Position numbers and translations under genes: made by a program. A DNA stretch of 64,000 bases from Paraphysomonas bandaiensis (lineage: Eukaryota; Protista; Chrysophyceae), in assembly GCA_965644295.1 (NCBI GenBank), contig CBFFRP010000412.1:1-64000 (forward strand). Reading direction: 5' to 3'. Shown piece after piece: positions 1-11,936 of the stretch (the stretch's first letter is position 1; the number at the start of each line of letters is the position of its first letter). The notes under the pieces were generated by a model. It did no database searches, was not told the DNA's origin, and saw only the letters and a program-made list of their open reading frames with translations.

Positions 1-1
1 A

Positions 2-728
2 ATACATACATACATACATACATACATACATACATACATACATACATACATACATACATACATACATACATACATACATACATACATACATACATACATA
101 CATACATACATACATACATACATACATACATACATACATACATACATACATACATACATACATACATACATACATACATACATACATACATACATACATA
201 CATACATACATACATACATACATACATACATACATACATACATACATACATACATACATACATACATACATACATACATACATACATACATACATACATA
301 CATACATACATACATACATACATACATACATACATACATACATACATACATACATACATACATACATACATACATACATACATACATACATACATACATA
401 CATACATACATACATACATACATACATACATACATACATACATACATACATACATACATACATACATACATACATACATACATACATACATACACATACA
501 TACATACATACATACATACATACATACATACATACATACATACATACATACATACATACATACATACATACATACATACATACATACATACATACATACA
601 TACATACATACATACATACATACATACATACATACATACATACATACATACATACATACATACATACATACATACATACATACATACATACATACATACA
701 TACATACATACATACATACATACATACA

Positions 729-758
<30 letters not shown>
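2..758. repeat. (TACA)n microsatellite, about 750 bp
   Basis: Nearly perfect tetranucleotide array with one phase slip near 495. Confidence 0.99.
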
Positions 759-761
<3 letters not shown>

Positions 762-832
762 TCGTTAGCAATTATATTTTAAGGCATTCGTGCTCAACAC
801 ATTCCAAGGTAACGAGCGCTACTAATAACGAG

Positions 833-3051
833 ATGTCGGATACTGAGAGTGTCATTAGTGAAGAGATTATACTTGAAGAGAGCCTTGATGAGTCAGATGC
901 GTATGCCAGTGCCTACAACTTTGAGGACGTGACATCTGAATCAATTTCCGGAAAAGGAAAAAAATCTGCGTCTTTTAGCCCCTCTATATCCGACAATAGA
1001 AAAACAAAGAATACAGCGAGAAACGGAAGTAGCAGTGAGGACGATTATAGTTATTCATTTGACGATTTAGACTCTGAAGGCGTGCATGACGCATACAGTG
1101 CTGACTTTGAAGCAGAGCAGTCGACTATTGTCAAGTCCTCTCCTTATCTAAAAACGTCAGTTCCTAAGACGGGTGATAGCACTACTCCGAATGCTTCTGT
1201 GCCTATTCTTCCTTCGGTTGAAATACAAACACTACAAGCAGAACTTGCTATGCAGAAACTGAGCAAGGAGATCGTATTTTTGCGCAACCAACAGCGCGCT
1301 TCACTAAAGCAGCGGCGTCAGGAAGTGCTCGAAAAGAAGAAACGAGCGGAAACCCGGAGAGCGGAATACGCCACTGAGTTACGAAATCTCAAAGCGGAAG
1401 TGGAACAGTCAAAAGCAGAGATTGAGCGACTGCAGAACGTCTTGCACACGGAGACAGTTTCATCTAAAACTGCTAGTGAAGCAAGAAAGCTGGCTGAGGA
1501 CCGACTAAGAGAGTGCGAAGAGGCCATAAACTCTCAGCGTGAGCGGATCTCGAGTCTAGAAGAAACCATCGCGACGCTGAGGCAGCAGGCCGAAGAGTTG
1601 ATCACTGAGAGGGATACGGAGCGTAAGCGTTGGGAGGATGAGCGAGCACAGCTTAAGACTGAGCTCAGCAAACGTGAGGTACATCTCGAGGTAATGGTCA
1701 AAAGCAACGAAGCAGCCGAGCAGAGGTTTGTATTGTCGTGTTCTGTGTTCTATACCTGTCACAATATCTGTGACAGGTATGCACGAGAGCGGGAGACGCT
1801 TCCGGCGTACCACGAACAGGTGCTTCAAGAACGTCTACACTACATATCTACCCTTGAGGAAAGTCTGCGGCGGAGAGAGGATGCTTTGAAGGTAGAGCAG
1901 GAGCGGAACGCAAATATTTTGTCAACAGCACGACAAGATATGCGTAACGAATGGGATAAGCGTGAGCTCCGTCTTCGTGCGGAAATCGGGGAAGAGAGGT
2001 ATACCTTCGTGCGGTCATACGTGCTATGTCTTATGAAAGCGACAGGGAGGCATTAATTAGACAACAAACAGCTATGCGGCGAGAGCGTGATGAAGCAAGA
2101 GCATTGCGGGCGCAACTGGAGACCAAATATGAATGTCGCATGGCTGATCTGGATCGTCGAGATGCAGGATTGACGGAGAGGGAGCGTGACTTGCAGAGTG
2201 AGCGAGGAGAATTCCTCATAGAAAAACAGATGGTTGCTCCAGACCTATTGGCTTCTCAACAGGACAGACGACAAGCGAGGGAGACACGGATAGAGGCAGA
2301 GAGGCTTATGTCTGCTGCAAAGGATAAAATGCGAGAGGCTGATGAAGCCATAGCGTCATTACAACATCGTGAGGTTGAAGTTGCGAATACGTGGCGAGCT
2401 ATATCCTCTGAGAGAATGGCGCTGAGGCATGAAAAGCAAAGATTAGAGAGAGTATCGAAAGCACAGACTGTAAACCAAAAAGTTCTTGCGGACGAGCGAG
2501 CAAAGCTTCATAAATGCTCTCTTGAGCTCAGTCGTCAGTTTAATTCCCTGTATCGAGCTCTTTTTGCTGTTCAACGAGGACGGCATGCTGATTTAAGTGT
2601 AGCGGAATGTATTGGTATCGATGTAGGGGTGGGTATAAGGGATGAGCTACAGTCGCATCAGGAATGCACTAAAGCGATTCAAGATGAATTGGAGGTGAAG
2701 CCGGAATATGCACCACTAAGCGACGATCCTGAGTCCGATTTGATTGTAACAACCAAAGTTAACCTCGAGGAACTGCGGTCGCCCGTTGGTACAATCAATG
2801 CTATCAAAGATGTATCCGATAGCCTCAACTATAGTGCACTCACAACCGAAAATAATATGGACACCAGATTTACTGTCGCTGATAGGTTCGAGGTGATTGA
2901 GAACAACCGCAGTAATTACGCTGATCAGAATTGTACCTCGAAGCCCCATAGGCAACAAAGTGAATTGACGACAGATGATTCTATTACAGGGGTACTGGAA
3001 TCAGCGAATGCTATGAAAACAGCTGCCCTAAAGTATGGAATTATTGTCTAG
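833..3051 (+). CDS. Long coiled-coil protein with acidic/Ser-rich N-terminus (multi-exon)
   Basis: ORFs 833-2056 and 2026-3051 join through GT-AG introns at about 1726-1776 and 1999-2045. E/R/K/Q-rich heptad composition. No family recognised. Confidence 0.8.
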
Positions 3052-3456
3052 ATGTGTCTTCCCGGTGTGTGGTTGGTTAAGTTTAGTGTCACTGTTGGTG
3101 TCCAGTTTCTTTTTAGTATAGTATATACATAATGTAATTAATTTAAAAAAGTAAGTATACAAGACAATTTTAGAATTTTTTATATGCTATTGTTAAACTG
3201 AAAAAATTGGGCGTATAGCAGGAGGGCAACGAAAAATGTTAGAATTGGACATTACACTAAAGTCTAAAGTTAGCTTTTTGCTCTACACTCTACATGTAAA
3301 CTTAACCTTGCTTTTTTGCACGCAATGTACTTTCATGAAAGAAATATAATTATTCATTCAAAGACTACACACAACACATTCATATTTACGTAGCATTTGA
3401 TGAAATTTATCTTCATTATCACAATATTTTCACCACTAATCAATCCTATATATGTA

Positions 3457-3895
3457 TACCCTCAACAAAGTCGGACTCGCACCTTTTAGTGGTGTTCTGG
3501 GGGATAAGTACCGGAGATATTTCTCCGGAAAACTCTAACGTGAGCCGTAAACATAGTCAGCAGATATTCTTCCTCTGCCCACTCATAACCGAATGCTTGT
3601 GTGATACAAGGGACGACACCAATAAGTGACGAATAAACAGGCATCCGGGAATGGGCCCACCTCAAGGGTAACTGGGGTATTGGGCTGCCTGCTGAAGTCA
3701 AGCATCCGGGATTTTCACCTCAAGAACTCAGAGCGGAAGTGGTTGCACCTTGGTGCTTGTGGCGACGCACAAGCAGCTTCCGTAGCGTTAAATAGTAGGA
3801 TAAAAAAAGTGTCCAACTAGTTTGTCTAGCATTCATCTACTAGCTACTAAGTTGGTGCAGGTTTTTAATGCCTATTACTACAGTAATAATAAGAT
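3457..3895 (+). mobile_element. SINE-like or 5'-truncated non-LTR copy with the LINE-shared 3' tail
   Basis: The head (aaagtcggactcgcacc...ccggagatatttctccgg) recurs at 4297-4440(-), 49390 and 50440. The tail cggaagtggttgcaccttggtgcttgtggcgacgcacaagc matches the LINE 3' end at 29490. Confidence 0.8.
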
Positions 3896-4296
3896 TTTCT
3901 ATATATATAATATATATGTAAAAAGAGTGATGAGTCCCATGCTTTTTACTACTAGGGTGCAGTCAAGGAACAGATGCTTTCGAGAATCTAGCCGGTGGTC
4001 GCTATAAGTGCAAGCGATCTTATCGGGTCAAAGCCATATTTTGACTAATGCTGAACGACGTGTCCCACGTTAGCGCAGCGTTGAGAATTTGCTGTTTTAG
4101 ATGTGAGCTGTCTCGGACCATTTTGTAGCTACTGCCTGCAAGGGCGAATTCTTAATGGAGTATAGCGCCACTCTCCTTTCAGTTACGGGGGAGCGGGTCT
4201 TGACCATCAACAAAGTTGTGCAGTGGTGCCGCAACTGTTGTTTAGCAGTTACGTAAGAGATGTGGGAAAAGACGTTTACACAAGCCCTCAGTACCA

Positions 4297-4482
4297 AACA
4301 AGCATTCGGTTATGAGTGGGCAGAGGAAGGATATCTGCTGTCTGTTTGCGACTCACCTTCGAGTTTTCCGGAGAAATATCTCCAGTACTTATCCCCAGAA
4401 CACCACGTAAACGTGCGAGTCCGACTTTGTTGATGGTCAAGACCGCCCCCCGCAACTGGAAGTAGAGTGGCGCCTATCTCCC
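4297..4482 (-). mobile_element. Inverted fragment of the same SINE-like head
   Basis: Reverse complement matches 3463-3600. Segment 4424-4482 is also an inverted copy of 4158-4216. Confidence 0.7.
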
Positions 4483-4499
4483 TTACAAACTTGTATTAC

Positions 4500-5213
4500 A
4501 AAAATAAGTGTTACTTGTGTAGAAGTCTTTGCGCCTTGTTGACAAATAAACAGGCCTTAAGGGCATCCGGGGTATTGGGCTGCCAACTACTGAAGTCAAG
4601 CATCCGGGCTAGTTCACCTCTTAAGGGCAGAGAGCGAAAGTGGTTGCACCTTGGAGCTTGCGGTGTCGCACAAGCAGCTTTCGTAACGCTAAATAATATG
4701 ATATCAGAGTTAAGCACTAGTTAGTTATATAGTTTTGGTACACTACTTCTGACTCGTTATAGCTATTTTAAAAGTCTTATTATTATTTAGCAATAGAGGC
4801 GTTAAAAACCTGCACCAAAATAGTGGCTAGTTGAATGCTATATTGAATGTCTTTTTATTTAGCAATAGGCGTTAAAAACCTGCACCAAAATAGTGGCTAG
4901 TTGAATGCTAGACGTACTAGTTAGACCGCTACCCATAACTAATCAGCACAAATTCTATTATCCTACTATTTAACGCTACAGAAGCTGCTTGTGCGTCGCC
5001 ACAAGCACCAAGGTGCGACCACTTCCGTTCTTAGTGTGTGTTATGAGGCTCGCCCTGCTCGTGTGTCTTAGGACTCACCGACGCTCGTTGTCCGGGGGTC
5101 TCCCCTTGGGATGAGACGCTAAATAATATGATATCAGAGTTAAGCACTAGTTAGTTATATTGTTTTGGTACACTACTTCTGACTCTTTATAGCTAATAAC
5201 CAGACATTCACTA
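4500..5213 (+). mobile_element. SINE-like copy interrupted by an inverted LINE 3' fragment
   Basis: Body and tail as at 3620-3800. The tail resumes at 5116 and ends in cagacattcactact. Confidence 0.7.
4766..5115 (-). mobile_element. 5'-truncated LINE 3' end flanked by an 80-bp direct duplication
   Basis: Reverse complement matches 29405-29676. Segments 4686-4765 and 5116-5195 are near-identical. Confidence 0.8.
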
Positions 5214-5885
5214 CTGCCTGGTCTTAAATTACGTCCATATTGTTGATCTCTAAGAGTGTGATCTGGTCTCGAAGGATAAGGAAGTCAGTAGGCATGGGAT
5301 ATGAGGTGTGAGCGTCTGCTACCAGTTACACTCCAGTTCCAGATGTCTGACGTCAGACGATGTATATGCATAAATCATATTATGCAGCAGAACTAAACAA
5401 AATCATTTTGCAATAGATTAGTCCTGTATTTAGAGATTAATAATCAGGCTTGCGTAAAAGTTAATTGGCGAGAGGTATCTAACACTATAATAATAGTGAC
5501 TATTTACCAAACGTTCAATAATTATTGTCAATTAATTGCCTTCAAGATATTGCTTTTTCGAACAGCTTTCTGAACAATAATCTCATCCCAAAGATGTCGA
5601 TATGCATCTTAGTAACTTTACATGGCAACACACACAGTTGTGTATGCAATATAATAAATATAGTAATCGCTCATAATTGTGTCAACAAAGACTGTAGATA
5701 AGACATAAGACTACAAAAATATAATGAAGAAATTTTTGGTTATATGATGTTGAAACAGACAATATGGCATTGTTTCGTTAACTTAAACATTATGTCTTCC
5801 TAATTGCAGAACACACAATAAACTTTGAACATCAACATTTGCAGGAATTGAAAAACAGCTGCATCGAAAATACGTAGATAATGAT

Positions 5886-7618
5886 CTACGCAAACGCGAA
5901 TGTTGCGTCCCTGCGTTTAGAAGGATGTAATCGAGCATATATAGCTTCCTGAAGTGCTGGATCTTGCTCAATCTTTTTCAGAAGAGGCTACATGGAATAT
6001 ATAATTTAAAGAATTAACTCTACAAGTATACCATGCTACATACCTGATTCAACTCCCTTTCTCTCGAACTCAGTCCGTTTCTCATGTCATCCGACTGTCT
6101 GCGGCGCTTTTCTTCAATTTGAGCGTCCAGGCAACGCTTCGTCTCTAAAGCCTTTTGTCTTTTGAGCTCTATTTGTCTCTCTTTTTCTTCTTTTTCTTTA
6201 AGTGAATCTTGTAAGAATTTTGCTCTCATTTCAGAACTTTCCTGACGTGCATTTCCGCGACTTCGTTCTTTCTCGCGAATAATTCTCAGATTTTCCTCAG
6301 CTGCAAGGCGAGTGCGTTCTTTACTAGCTTCAGCACGCCTGCGACTTTCTTCCTCCTCCGCCTTATTTTTACGTTCAATTTCTTCTTGAAGTCGAATTTC
6401 ATTCTTCAAGGCCGTTTCTCTTTCTTTCGCGCCAGCCCCTTCCGACGAATATTTGCTACCGTATTGATTCATTTTCTCCATACGTTTATTGAAAGCCTCT
6501 TTCCTCGCTTGCTCCTCTCTGTCCAATTTCGCTCTAATGAAATGTTAAACACATATTAAATAAAGTGAGACATATATACCGATACTCTTCTTCCATTTTC
6601 TTTTCCATTTCGTACTGCTTCTTGATAGCCTCCTTCTTTGCTGCTTTTACACGCTCGTTTTCGAGCCGTAACTCCTCCTGGGAAGCCTTTTGCTTCATCT
6701 TCCTAATTGCCTTGAGGTCCTCCTCTTCTTGTGCACGCGCTTTGGCTCGTCTCATGTCAATCTGGTCCTCCAAAATACTCTGTTCTCTCTCCATTTCTCG
6801 ACGGCGGCGACGCTCTTCAATTTGTTGCTCTATTAAAGCACGGTCATGCTCAAATTTTTGCACTTTCATTTGCTTTACAGCTTCCTTCTCACGCTCTGCT
6901 GCTTCAGTAACCCTATAAGCAGCACAATTACACAAATGGATAATGATACACCTGTTTATAACCTTTCCACTTCCTGTCGGACCCTCACTTTTTCTTCATT
7001 GGCCTTTTTCTTACGCTCATCTACCATGGCAAGTTGTTGGTCAAGCTCGTCTCTAAATTTGAGTTTTTTGAGCTGTGCTAGATCTCTCTCTCGCTTGTTT
7101 TGCTCTTCCAGTGATATGGTTTGAACAGCATTCAATACAGACCACTGGTTGGGGTCAATATCAAATCCCCGGCTACTACTATTATTTATGCTCCCACTGT
7201 GTTCGGCTACGTTCTTTCCTTCACGCGTCGAGGAATGGTCCTCCGGGCCACCATCAGATCGTCGCTGTGAACGATCCTTAACAGAACGCTTGTATGATGT
7301 TGTTTCGCTCTCAACTTGTTGTTCAAGAGTTGAGACAATACCTGGGTTTTCAATGTCATCACAGCTTGAAATGAACTCATGCACAACTGATTTAATCAGC
7401 TTGTTAAGCTGGGAATTCGGTTGCCGTGATCCATACTTTGCCTGCATTTGCTGAAATAAGAGGCATTCTAGTCTTGACTTTTTAGACGTAGTGTTCTCTT
7501 TTTGTAGTAGCTGACGAGCTTTAGCCTTTGTGGGTGTGTTGATCTTTGATTTCGAATACGTTTTGGCAGGTTTGCGAGTATTCTCCAGCCGGCTCACAAC
7601 ATAATGAGGATCGTTCAT
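5886..7618 (-). CDS. Coiled-coil, trichoplein/TPH-like protein (multi-exon, possibly ciliary)
   Basis: ORFs 6956-7762, 6534-6935 and 6020-6526 are separated by short introns. The last exon PLLKKIEQDPALQEAIYARLHPSKRRDATFAFA* ends at 5886. Probable start is MNDPHY. Confidence 0.75.
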
Positions 7619-7977
7619 AAGTAATTTGAATGATATAAATATACAATATTTTAAAACGTGTTGGGTGGAATGAGATACTAACAACACAAGCAGTTCTGAG
7701 CTCTTGTTTTCACACCTATACATATACACATACACATACATATATATACGTCTTTGCGGCAACGGAAAGCCGTTTTAATTTATTGAAAAAGAAAGTTAAG
7801 CATCAGGAGCAGCAGGACTACTGGAGGAGGTCAACAACTTACTCTGTACACCGTATACCAGTACTGTATACGGTATACCAGTGAGTAGGAAGTGCTCTGT
7901 ATACCACCATGGGCGGATGTGCACTCCCTGAGTAGATACTTTAAGATGTACGTGAAGTAAATACATAAGTTACCTGA

Positions 7978-8877
7978 ATGCGCGTGCTAGTCACTGTCAC
8001 TTGCATTGTATTATTATTTTTAGAGTATTCGCACGCCTTATGCTCTCATCTGGAAATGCGACAGGTTTCTTCTGTAGGTTTAGGCATTGTAGCTGGCAGG
8101 GACTTCACAAAAGGTGAAGTACTGGAAACCGCTGTGGGTGTCAGGGTCAGAAGTGACATAATCAAGAAATCGGTGTTATATGATTACGCATATAAACATG
8201 AACCCTATTATTCGGATATTATTTTCGGGAATGTAATGATTTATAACCATCATGCCAATGGCGATATCGAAATAATACTGACGAGCACTCATTCTAATGA
8301 TAAGTCTGTATTTTTAGTAAATGTTAGAGCTGATGTTGATTTTGCTAAAGGGCAGCAGATACACAGCTCTTACGGCAATACAAGTTGGTTTGTCTCGCGT
8401 AATATTACTATTTTATCAACGAGTGATATGTACGTTGCGAATGTGGCTATACCAGGATGTCCTTATATGAATACTGCATATATCGGAAAGAGAATGGTGG
8501 CAACAAAACATATTTTTTGTGATGATATAATTGAGGTCTCGCGGGCAATTATTATTCCTGGTATTCTGACATTTAAAAACGCATTGGAGCGATTCGTGTG
8601 CTACCAAGAGCAATCAAATCTGGGCGCCCTCCTATTACTCGGAAATGGAGCACTCTATAGAGGCACTTCTCTAGTTGAGGCAAATGTTAAATATGAATGG
8701 TTTTCTAATTCTGATTCATCATTTGAGTGTGACGAAGTGTCTCTAGTGTCATTCACGGCATTGCGAGATATATACCCTGGTGAGGAACTACTAGTTCCAT
8801 TGAAATTAGAATCTGGTAGCAGGGGAATAATGAGAAAGCGAATAATAGACGATGCATTTTCTATGTGTTGTTTCTGA
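7978..8877 (+). CDS. Signal-peptide protein with two tandem vSET/bacterial-like SET domains
   Basis: Hydrophobic leader MRVLVTVTCIVLLFLEYSHA. SET1: GLGIVAGRDFTKGEVLE...IYNHH...GQQIHSSYG..WF. SET2: VATKHIFCDDIIEV...LGNGALY...ANV...FTALRDIYPGEEL. Intronless. Confidence 0.8.
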   Translation: MRVLVTVTCIVLLFLEYSHALCSHLEMRQVSSVGLGIVAGRDFTKGEVLETAVGVRVRSDIIKKSVLYDYAYKHEPYYSDIIFGNVMIYNHHANGDIEIILTSTHSNDKSVFLVNVRADVDFAKGQQIHSSYGNTSWFVSRNITILSTSDMYVANVAIPGCPYMNTAYIGKRMVATKHIFCDDIIEVSRAIIIPGILTFKNALERFVCYQEQSNLGALLLLGNGALYRGTSLVEANVKYEWFSNSDSSFECDEVSLVSFTALRDIYPGEELLVPLKLESGSRGIMRKRIIDDAFSMCCF

Positions 8878-8953
8878 TATGCTACATGTGTGAATAGATT
8901 CTGATGTGCTATATGTGTGAATAGATTCTGATGTGCTATATGTGTGAATAGAT
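8873..8953. repeat. About 27-bp tandem repeat x3 at the 3' end of the SET gene
   Basis: tctgatgtgctatatgtgtgaatagat repeated. Confidence 0.85.
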
Positions 8954-9156
8954 TGGTTTACTGATTATTTACGATAAATGTTAGTAATATCAACAGCTGT
9001 GTATCTATATATCTAGCAGTCGAAAGAATGAAGTATATACACAGCTGTGTGACTTTTGAGCAGGGGGTAAAATGTATTGTACTGCAATATATCTTGCCAA
9101 TCTATACCTTTCAATGAATTGACAGCAATACCCTTATAAATCGTAGTGAATGTCCG

Positions 9157-9315
9157 ATTAGTAGCAATAGGCGTTTAAGAGTCAGACCTAATGTAGCAAA
9201 CCATTTAACTAACTAGCGCTTAACTCTGATATCCTACTGTTTAACGCTACGAATGCTGCTTGTGCGACACCGCAAGCAGCAAGGTAGAACCACTTTTGCT
9301 CTATCACTTAAACCA
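9157..9315 (-). mobile_element. LINE/SINE 3'-tail fragment
   Basis: Reverse complement contains gcttgcggtgtcgcacaagcagc...gatatcagagttaagcgctagttagtt...cctattgcta. Confidence 0.75.
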
Positions 9316-9736
9316 AACGCTATTCCTATATATTATATAGTCATACATCAGATACGGAATTTACTTTTTTGTGACTGTATACACCCCTTACACCTGTGAG
9401 TTGATTTCATCTATTGCATACTATTAACTCACTTCAATTACACAATAGATATCGCACCACGCACCATGCTGCAGAACTCAACAGTGGGCATTCAAACTCG
9501 TTTCCATGGAGTACATGTAATGAGTCTATATGTGATAAAAGAACTAAATCCGCATCAATAAAGCTGCAAATAGCACAACGAGGAGGCTCATTATAGTTAC
9601 CCAGTTATAGCATAAACCAGTACAATATAAAAAAACGAGCATGTGTCCAAAGGGAACATATCACTAATTCATAACCGGGCTCGTTAACATACAGACTGGC
9701 AACTCGCACTTCATTTCTCTAAGCCTTGAAGAAATA

Positions 9737-11726
9737 TTACTTGCTGAGAATAGACTTACTATCTGCCGTATAGATTTGACCAAAGAACTTGATGATAAAA
9801 TCATCTATGATTCCTCTGTCCGGAATAGAAGCCACCTGTCAAATGTATGTTAGTATCGAGCCACAATACGTAAAACAACAGAGCCCTCACCATGCCATAC
9901 ATGCCAGTAGTGCCTTGCTTTCCTAAATCGGGATTTTCAATAACCTGCTTAGCAGCATCTCTGAGATCTGTCACCAGTTGATCCACTACCTTGCCGTGTT
10001 GAGGAAGAATAGACATCTGCCCACAACATATTATTCCGTCACAATAAAGAGGGAGCAACTCACATGAAGAGAGTCAGGTAGCTGTTGACGCTCCATTTTC
10101 CACCCTTTTCCTTCCATGACATCCGCGACAGCATGGATATTTACTCTTTTATCGTCCGAAATGATTGCGACACATGTCATATCGGGCATAGTGATTAGTC
10201 GTAGACCCTTAATTCCTTTAACCCCCTCAATAATCTTATGAGTAGTCTTCATCACATCCTGCGCGATGCGCATATATCCATCCTGGCCCATTCCTACAAG
10301 AGCCGCCCATGCTGCAGCTATAATACCTCCCGGTCGAGAGCCTGTTAGCGATGGGGACCCGAATAGCCCTCCAGGCCAGGAGGCATACGCAAAGTACTGA
10401 TGTGACCGCAGCTCAGCATTTCGATACAAAACAACACTGGCACCTTTAGAGCTGTATCCATATTTATGAATATCAGCAGACATAGAAGTCACTCCAGGAA
10501 CACGGAAATCGAAGAGAGGTACTTCCCATCCAAGTTTCTCCAGCCAGGGTAACATGAAGCCGCCGAAGCAGGCATCGACATGTAGGGGCAGACCTCGTCG
10601 CAGCGCAATATCAGAGAGAGCCTATGAGAAGCATGAATGGTTAAATCCAATCCAACACGATAGTAGATATGAAAGTACCTCAATGGGGTCAATGACTCCG
10701 TGACAATACTGGGGCGCAGAGCCCACCAAAAGGATAGTGTCATTATTAATTGCACTTTCCACCTCTGATAGCACGACTCGACAGTTCTCGTCAATCGGGA
10801 CGTGGATAACCTCGACATCAAAGTAGTGCCCAGCTTTCTCAAATGCGGGGTGAATGGTGGTAGGAACGACCATATTAGGCTTCTTTACGTGTGGTCTGAG
10901 TTTTCGGGCGCGGTCACGGTACGCTTTAACAGCCATGAGAATACTCTCCGTACCACCTGGAGGCCAAGTCATGGTTTATTGCACTTATACAGCGCACCAA
11001 CGTCACCTGAGGTCAAAGATCCGGCAGTGCTGCTGTCACCATTAAGCATCCAGGCACTCATCGCCACAACTTCGGTTTCAAATCGGCGTAGAGAGGGGTA
11101 CATCATTGGGTTGAGGGCGTTGGTGTGCATAAATGTGTTCCACACCTAGACATCAAATATAACGAAATAGTCAATAATTATATAGCTCACATCTGCCATC
11201 AATTTCTCGTGGGACTCAATACCCGAGTTACTTGACTCCATAAAAGTTGAGTACGCAGTTCCAAGACATTTAGAGAACTGTTCCATCTCTGACACGGTGG
11301 TATACGTGTAAGCAAAGCTCTTGCCATCTTCAGCAGCACTCTCTGAGGTGTGAAGCTTATTCATCATCGACATGATCTCTGAAGCGGGAACTCCATGTGC
11401 TGGTATCGGCATGACAGTGGATGAGGAGGCTTTATCATCTTTTCCATTCCCAGCCAATAATTTGACCGCGCCTTTTACTTCGCTGTCCAACACAATGGCA
11501 ATGATGGAATTTACACCAGGAAGCCTTCGCATGAACTTCACCATATCTCTCATCAACTTCAACAGCACATAAGAACAACCGTAAGATACTATCAACCTCT
11601 TACCCCTGAGAATCCTTCCGAAAAGAGGATATTCAGTGACACCAGACCGACGCACCCAACCAGCACATGCTCACCTAGGGTGGCATACTTGATATATCTT
11701 TCCATTGAACCCGCTGAAATATTCAT
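9737..11726 (-). CDS. SGPL1: Sphingosine-1-phosphate lyase (PLP-dependent, group II decarboxylase fold), multi-exon
   Basis: Motifs GGTESILMAVKAYRD, HPAFEKAGHYF, GSAPQYCHGVIDPI, HVDACFGGF, SMSADIHKYG (PLP lysine) and GSRPGG. N-terminal membrane anchor. Exons inferred from GT-AG sites. Confidence 0.95.
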
Positions 11727-11936
11727 TACTTTTAACGACAATGAACTTTGTGTTAAATCTCTGAGGACATGAGCACTTATTTTGGGAAGTGTGCACTCTA
11801 TTGTGGTGATGATGAATACACAAGTCTCCGCCCGTCATCACACGAATATTGTACAGCATCCCATACACTCGAATATTGACGAATACAATGCCAAAAAGAT
11901 ATTGCTGTACTTTGTGTATTCTGCTGTAGTCACCAA

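Noticed and set aside
833-3051. Assignment to a named centriolar protein such as OFD1 or FBF1
   Set aside because: Only generic coiled-coil similarity, with no diagnostic motif.
3626-3820. Recurrent short ORFs containing RKWLHLGACGDAQAAS
   Set aside because: They are translations of the repeated non-coding tail, with inconsistent starts and stops among copies.
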